Origin: a virus
Direction: 5' to 3' (one strand)
DNA: 64,000 bases
IMG/VR virus record: IMGVR_UViG_3300027659_000017
Location: 33,956 to 97,955 of that record
The notes beneath the pieces are model-generated. The model did not search any database, was not told the DNA's origin, and saw only the letters and a program-made list of their open reading frames with translations. This document shows, piece after piece, positions 62,413 to 64,000 of the stretch. How positions within the stretch are numbered: the stretch's first letter is position 1; each line of letters begins with the position of its first letter. A program made the position numbers and the translations under genes.

Positions 62413-62809
62413 TTTCTTTAAGTTTAATGTTAATTTCAAAATTATCTACGGGATACCCAATCTGTTCTAACATAGAAGTCATATCTCTGACAAAGTATTC
62501 CATGAAAAGCTCAATTGAGTTTTCAGAACCTTTATTCTCTATGATAAGACTTAATGTTCTGGGTCCCGTAAGGTTACTTGCAGAGACAAAACTATTTACA
62601 TGTCCTTCAAGTATTGAACCAAGAGGGGAACAGTTAGTTTTCCAACTTTCCAAGTTGTGACCTCCGTATTTAAATAATACAAGTAATTCTCCAATACTCT
62701 TTTTAGTATTGATATTTCTCAAAGTCTCAAATGCTATAATGTGATTATCTGCATCTTCAGATTTCAACATCATCATAAGATTTCTTGTTTCTTCTTTGTC
62801 AAAAATCAT
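62387..62809 (-). CDS. Hypothetical protein
   Basis: 140-aa ORF; N-terminus is similar to an internal segment of 58662..59954. Confidence 0.7.
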   Translation of the reverse strand: MIFDKEETRNLMMMLKSEDADNHIIAFETLRNINTKKSIGELLVLFKYGGHNLESWKTNCSPLGSILEGHVNSFVSASNLTGPRTLSLIIENKGSENSIELFMEYFVRDMTSMLEQIGYPVDNFEINIKLKENGQATKSK

Positions 62810-62901
62810 AATCTTGATATTACTAAATAATTTGCATATGCATCTTCATATGTCTTAGCCCAGATTCTGTAGCCATCAATTATAAACAGTTGTTTTTCCA
62901 T
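62806..62901 (-). CDS. Small hypothetical protein (31 aa)
   Basis: Not in the ORF track. MEKQLFIIDGYRIWAKTYEDAYANYLVISRL*. Coupled at both ends (TGATG and ATGA overlaps). Confidence 0.65.
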   Translation of the reverse strand: MEKQLFIIDGYRIWAKTYEDAYANYLVISRL

Positions 62902-63206
62902 CAGTCTTCAATTTTATAACCTAATACTTTTGTTACATATTCTTTATACTCTGCTCTAGTCAGTATATGAAGACCTTCATAAGCTTCTTCATTATCAAAT
63001 AACTTTTTTATAGTCATTAATACATTAACAGTATCCATATACATACTACCCATAAATGAAGCTTCTGTACTAAATACAAGTGGATCTAAACCAACATTAG
63101 TAGCTTTTGTATCCCCATCTTTTTTACATTCAAATTCTATAAATAATTCTTTTTCATCAGAATTTGTTTCATTTCTAAAAACTATTTTAATCTTTACATC
63201 TTCCAT
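62901..63206 (-). CDS. Hypothetical protein (repeat-flanked cassette)
   Basis: 101 aa, begins ME and ends KIED. Confidence 0.7.
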   Translation of the reverse strand: MEDVKIKIVFRNETNSDEKELFIEFECKKDGDTKATNVGLDPLVFSTEASFMGSMYMDTVNVLMTIKKLFDNEEAYEGLHILTRAEYKEYVTKVLGYKIED

Positions 63207-63505
63207 TAGTCTTCTATTTTAAATAAGTGTATACCAAGTTTAAGATCTTTTATTAATTTTTCACTAAACGGTTTTTTAATAGTAGGATGCCTGCTTTTAT
63301 CATCTAATACTAAACCATCTTTCCCATTTTCATCTTTAGTAGCAAACGCTACATATATTTGATGACCATTATATTTATCTTCAGTTAGTATATCACCTCT
63401 TTCAAATGGTGAACCTTCAGGTATCTGATATACTCCCGTTACTTTTATGTAACTACCATCTTCTATTACAGTATCCACTGTAAATATGTTGATTCTTTTT
63501 TCCAT
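63206..63505 (-). CDS. Hypothetical protein (repeat-flanked cassette)
   Basis: 99 aa, begins ME and ends KIED. Confidence 0.7.
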   Translation of the reverse strand: MEKRINIFTVDTVIEDGSYIKVTGVYQIPEGSPFERGDILTEDKYNGHQIYVAFATKDENGKDGLVLDDKSRHPTIKKPFSEKLIKDLKLGIHLFKIED

Positions 63506-63846
63506 TAGTCTTCAATTTTAAGTGTTCTTACCATCCATTCTGTAGGTGTATTAATGTTATCCACCCATTCTTTTGCAGTAGGAATGTAATTATTACAATC
63601 CTCCTTGACATGCTGTTCTCCTACATATCTTGTGTATACAGTTTTACCAGCAGAGTTGACAAAAGATACACCAAATACCTTCTCACATTCAAAGATACCT
63701 TCAGCATGATGTCTAAACATCCTATGCTTACTGTGAGCTATCCATGCTTTAGTAGCGTCAAACCACTCATGAATGTGATGGTAATCTTCAGGTATACCCC
63801 CAAACTTTCTAGTTGATGATTTTGAATGTTCCCAAGGATGTGCCAT
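63505..63846 (-). CDS. His-rich conserved phage protein (DUF6915-like)
   Basis: MAHPWEHSKSS.RKFGG.PEDY..IH.WFD.TK......HR..RHH..GI pattern, recalled as DUF6915. Confidence 0.65.
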   Translation of the reverse strand: MAHPWEHSKSSTRKFGGIPEDYHHIHEWFDATKAWIAHSKHRMFRHHAEGIFECEKVFGVSFVNSAGKTVYTRYVGEQHVKEDCNNYIPTAKEWVDNINTPTEWMVRTLKIED

Positions 63847-64000
63847 TACTTTTCAGCTTTACTTAACAAATCACCTTCATGCTGATAATCTTCAGTTTCA
63901 GTAATTCTGATGTGACTGTTTACAATGTATTTTCCTGAAGGAACACAAATACATAATTGACCCCAACCACCTTCATTATTCCACCAATCTTCAATGTCAT
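63846..64000 (-). CDS. Partial hypothetical protein (5' end outside window)
   Basis: Open frame ...DIEDWWNNEGGWGQLCICVPSGKYIVNSHIRITETEDYQHEGDLLSKAEK*, with TAATG overlap into the next gene. Confidence 0.65.
   Translation of the reverse strand, partial: DIEDWWNNEGGWGQLCICVPSGKYIVNSHIRITETEDYQHEGDLLSKAEK

Larger units (their letters stand above)
62896..63520 (-). repeat. Three 21-nt direct repeats at gene junctions (62896-62916, 63201-63221, 63500-63520)
   Basis: Plus strand ttccatcagtcttcaatttta / ttccattagtcttctatttta / ttccattagtcttcaatttta. Each encodes KIED-stop overlapping the next ATG-GAA. Confidence 0.9.

Noticed and set aside
62896-63520. CRISPR array interpretation of the 21-nt repeats
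   Set aside because: The spacers are ~280 nt protein-coding genes, there are only three repeats, and no cas operon is present.
1-64000. Stop-codon reassignment (TAG=Gln or TGA=Trp), as in some crAss-like phages
   Set aside because: Genes up to 10.9 kb are open in the standard code with near-complete coding density. TGA (11011) and TAG (53290) serve as real stops.

Overview
AT-rich phage DNA, most consistent with a crAss-like (Crassvirales-related) virus of a Bacteroidota host. It is read in the standard genetic code, with no CRISPR, tRNA or IS elements seen. Positions 1-52997 (+) form a virion/late block: a 5'-truncated tail stabilisation-like protein; four large low-complexity, modular proteins (5146-24883); and four giant putative ejected/cargo proteins. 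One of these is a 3623-aa crAss-type two-barrel virion RNA polymerase (GGDFDIDK). Positions 53033-64000 (-) form a convergent replication/early block: DUF932-like protein, family B DNA polymerase, PD-(D/E)XK nuclease, a MoxR-like AAA+ ATPase with a metallopeptidase-VWA partner, and small genes. The two blocks meet at a pair of UUCG-loop terminators. Two signals stand out. (1) The 5146-24883 proteins look like 'beads-on-a-string' polyproteins: SET, ADP-ribosyltransferase-like, zincin and a thrice-repeated unknown module are separated by recurring basic-x-Gly-Gly / KAxxG linkers, and the proteins share N- and C-terminal tags. This suggests a protease-processed or tag-packaged virion effector cargo system. 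(2) Three 21-nt direct repeats fuse stop and start codons around two ~300-bp genes (62896-63520), resembling a gene-cassette array. All family assignments come from motif recognition by eye; no database search was run.
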